Positions 61,301 to 64,000 of a DNA stretch of 64,000 nucleotides are shown one piece after another. A model generated the notes under the pieces. That model was not told the origin of the DNA and did not search any database. It saw only the letters and a list, made by a program, of their open reading frames with translations. The DNA comes from Eledone cirrhosa (Eukaryota): assembly GCA_964016885.1 (NCBI GenBank), contig OZ024764.1, forward strand, positions 2,542,001 to 2,606,000. Direction: 5' to 3'. Every line of letters begins with the position of its first letter. The first letter of the stretch is position 1. Made by a program: the position numbers and the translations under genes.

Positions 61301-64000
61301 ACTGTGTGGCAGTGTGTGACTGTGTCAGTGTATGTGTGTGACTGTGTCAGTGTATGTGTGTGACTGTGTGTCAGTGTATGTGTGTGACTGTGTCAGTGTA
61401 TGTGTGTGACTGTGTGTCAGTGTATGTGTGTGACTGTGTCAGTGTATGTGTGTGACTGTGTGTCAGTGTATGTGTGTGACTGTGTCAGTGTATGTGTGTG
61501 ACTGTGTGTCAGTGTATGTATGTGTGTGACTGTGTGTCAGTGTATGTGTGTGACTGTCAGTGTATGTGTGTGACTGTGTATGTGTGTGTGACTGTGTGTC
61601 AGTGTATGTGTGTGACTGTCAGTGTATGTGTGTGACTGTGTCAGTGTATGTGTGTGACTGTGTCAGTGTATGTGTGTGACTGTGTGTCAGTGTATGTGTG
61701 TGACTGTGTCAGTGTATGTGTGTGACTGTGTGTCAGTGTATGTGTGTGACTGTGTCAGTGTATGTGTGTGACTGTGTGTCAGTGTATGTGTGACTGTGTC
61801 AGTGTATGTGTGTGACTGTGTGTCAGTGTATGTGTGTGACTGTGTGTCAGTGTATGTGTGTGACTGTGTGTCAGTGTATGTGTGTGACTGTGTCAGTGTA
61901 TGTGTGTGACTGTGTCAGTGTATGTGTATGACTGTGTGTCAGTGTATGTGTGTGACTGTGTGTCAGTGTATGTGTGTGACTGTGTCAGTGTATGCGTGTG
62001 ACTGTGTGTCAGTGTATGTGTGTGACTGTGTCAGTGTATGTATGTGTGTGACTGTGTCAGTGTATGTGTGTGACTGTGTGTCAGTGTATGTGTGTGAATG
62101 TGTGTCAGTGTATGTGTGTGACTGTGTGTCAGTGTATGTGTGTGACTGTGTGTCAGTGTATGTGTGTGACTGTGTGTCAGTGTATGTGTGTGACTGTGTG
62201 TCAGTGTATGTGTGTGACTGTGTGTCAGTGTATCTATGTGTGTGACTGTGTCAGTGTATGCGTGTGACTGTGTGTCAGTGTATGTGTGTGACTGTGTCAG
62301 TGTATGTGTGTGACTGTGTGTCAGTGTATGTGTGTGTGTGACTGTGTCAGTGTATGTGTGTGACTGTGTGTCAGTGTATGTGTGTGACTGTGTGTCAGTG
62401 TATGTGTGTGACTGTGTCAGTGTATGTGTGTGACTGTGTCAGTGTATGTGTGTGACTGTGTGTCAGTGTATGTGTGTGACTGTGTCAGTGTATGTGTGTG
62501 ACTGTGTGTCAGTGTATGTGTGTGACTGTGTGTCAGTGTATGTGTGTGACTGTGTGTCAGTGTATGTGTGTGACTGTGTCAGTGTATGTGTGTGTCTGTG
62601 TCAGTGTATGTGTGTGACTGTGTGTCAGTGTATGTGTGTGACTGTGTGTCAGTGTATGTGTGTGACTGTGTCAGTGTATGTGTGTGACTGTGTGTCAGTG
62701 TATGTGTGTGACTGTGTGTCAGTGTATGTGTGTGACTGTGTGTCAGTGTATGTGTGTGACTGTGTGTCAGTGTATCTGTGTGACTGTGTGTCAGTGTATG
62801 TGTGTGACTGTGTGTCAGTGTATTTGTGTGACTGTGTCAGTGTATGTGTGTGACTGTGTGTCAGTGTATGTGTGTGACTGTGTCAGTGTATGTGTGTGAC
62901 TGTGTGTCAGTGTATGTGTGTGACTGTGTGTCAGTGTATGTGTGTGACTGTGTCAGTGTATGTGTGTGACTGTGTCAGTGTATGTGTGTGACTGTGTGTC
63001 AGTGTATGTGTGTGACTGTGTGTCAGTGTATGTGTGTGACTGTGTCAGTGTATGTGTGTGACTGTGTCAGTGTATGTGTGTGACTGTGTGTCAGTGTATG
63101 TGTGTGACTGTGTGTCAGTGTATGTGTGTGACTGTGTCAGTGTATGTGTGTGACTGTGTGTCAGTGTATGTGTGTGACTGTGTCAGTGTATGTGTGTGAC
63201 TGTGTGTCAGTGTATGTGTGTGACTGTGTCAGTGTATGTGTGTGACTGTGTGTCAGTGTATGTGTGTGACTGTGTGTCAGTGTATGTGTGTGACTGTGTC
63301 AGTGTATGTGTGTGACTGTGTGTCAGTGTATATGTGTGACTGTGTGTCAGTGTATGTGTGTGACTGTGTCAGTGTATGTGTGTGACTGTGTCAGTGTATG
63401 CCTGTGACTGTGTCAGTGTATGTGTGTGACTGTGTGTCAGTGTATGTGTGTGACTGTGTGTCAGTGTATGTGTGTGGCTGTCAGTGTATGTGTGTGACTG
63501 TGTCAGTGTATGTGTGTGACTGTGTGTCAGTGTATGTATGTGACTGTGTGTTAGTGTATGTGTGTGACTGTGTGTCAGTGTATGTGTGTGGCTGTCAGTG
63601 TATGTGTGTGTCTGTGTCAGTGTATGTGTGTGACTGTGTGTCAGTGTATGTGTGTGACTGTGTCAGTGTATGTGTGTGACTGTGTGTCAGTGTATATGTG
63701 TGACTGTGTGTCAGTGTATGTGTGTGACTGTGTCAGTGTATGTGTGTGTGTGACTGTGTGTCAGTGTATGTGTGTGACTGTGTCAGTGTATGTGTGTGAC
63801 TGTGTGTCAGTGTATGTGTGTGACTGTGTGTCAGTGTATGTGTGTGACTGTCTGTCAGTGTATGTGTGTGACTGTGTGTCAGTGTATGTGTGTGACTGTG
63901 TCAGTGTATGTGTGTGACTGTGTGTCAGTGTATGTGTGTGACTGTGTCAGTGTATGTGTGTGACTGTGTGTCAGTGTATGTGTGTGACTGTGTCAGTGTA
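61300..64000. repeat. 22/24-bp GT-rich minisatellite running off the window
   Basis: Unit TGACTGTG(TG)TCAGTGTATGTGTG. Confidence 0.95.

Overview
Eukaryotic, repeat-saturated animal DNA; the SINE/LINE complement looks like an octopod cephalopod (inference). It carries one split gene on the minus strand: 14 exons of CENPJ/CPAP/SAS-4, about 1,318 codons from 50644 down to 1126. All have GT-AG boundaries with consistent phases; the 5' exons and most of the TCP/G-box domain lie outside the window. More than half of the window is tandem repeat, and many arrays are local amplifications of LINE/SINE pieces or exon-flanking DNA. Also present: two tRNA-derived SINE families, RTE, CR1, R4-like and CRE-like LINE fragments, mariner remnants, a hAT MITE with an 8-bp TSD and Helitron-like ends. 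Two observations stand out. (1) (TA)n-embedded fold-back elements carry a minimal type I hammerhead ribozyme on each arm, with compensatory stem II substitutions between two copies (Penelope-like pLTR/retrozyme architecture). (2) A 2.85-kb candidate alternative terminal exon built from a 15-bp repeat (acceptor in the same phase as the next CENPJ exon, about 950 open codons, TAG followed directly by AATAAA). Nearly all other long ORFs in the track are artefacts of tandem repeats. Repeat and mobile-element boundaries are approximate.
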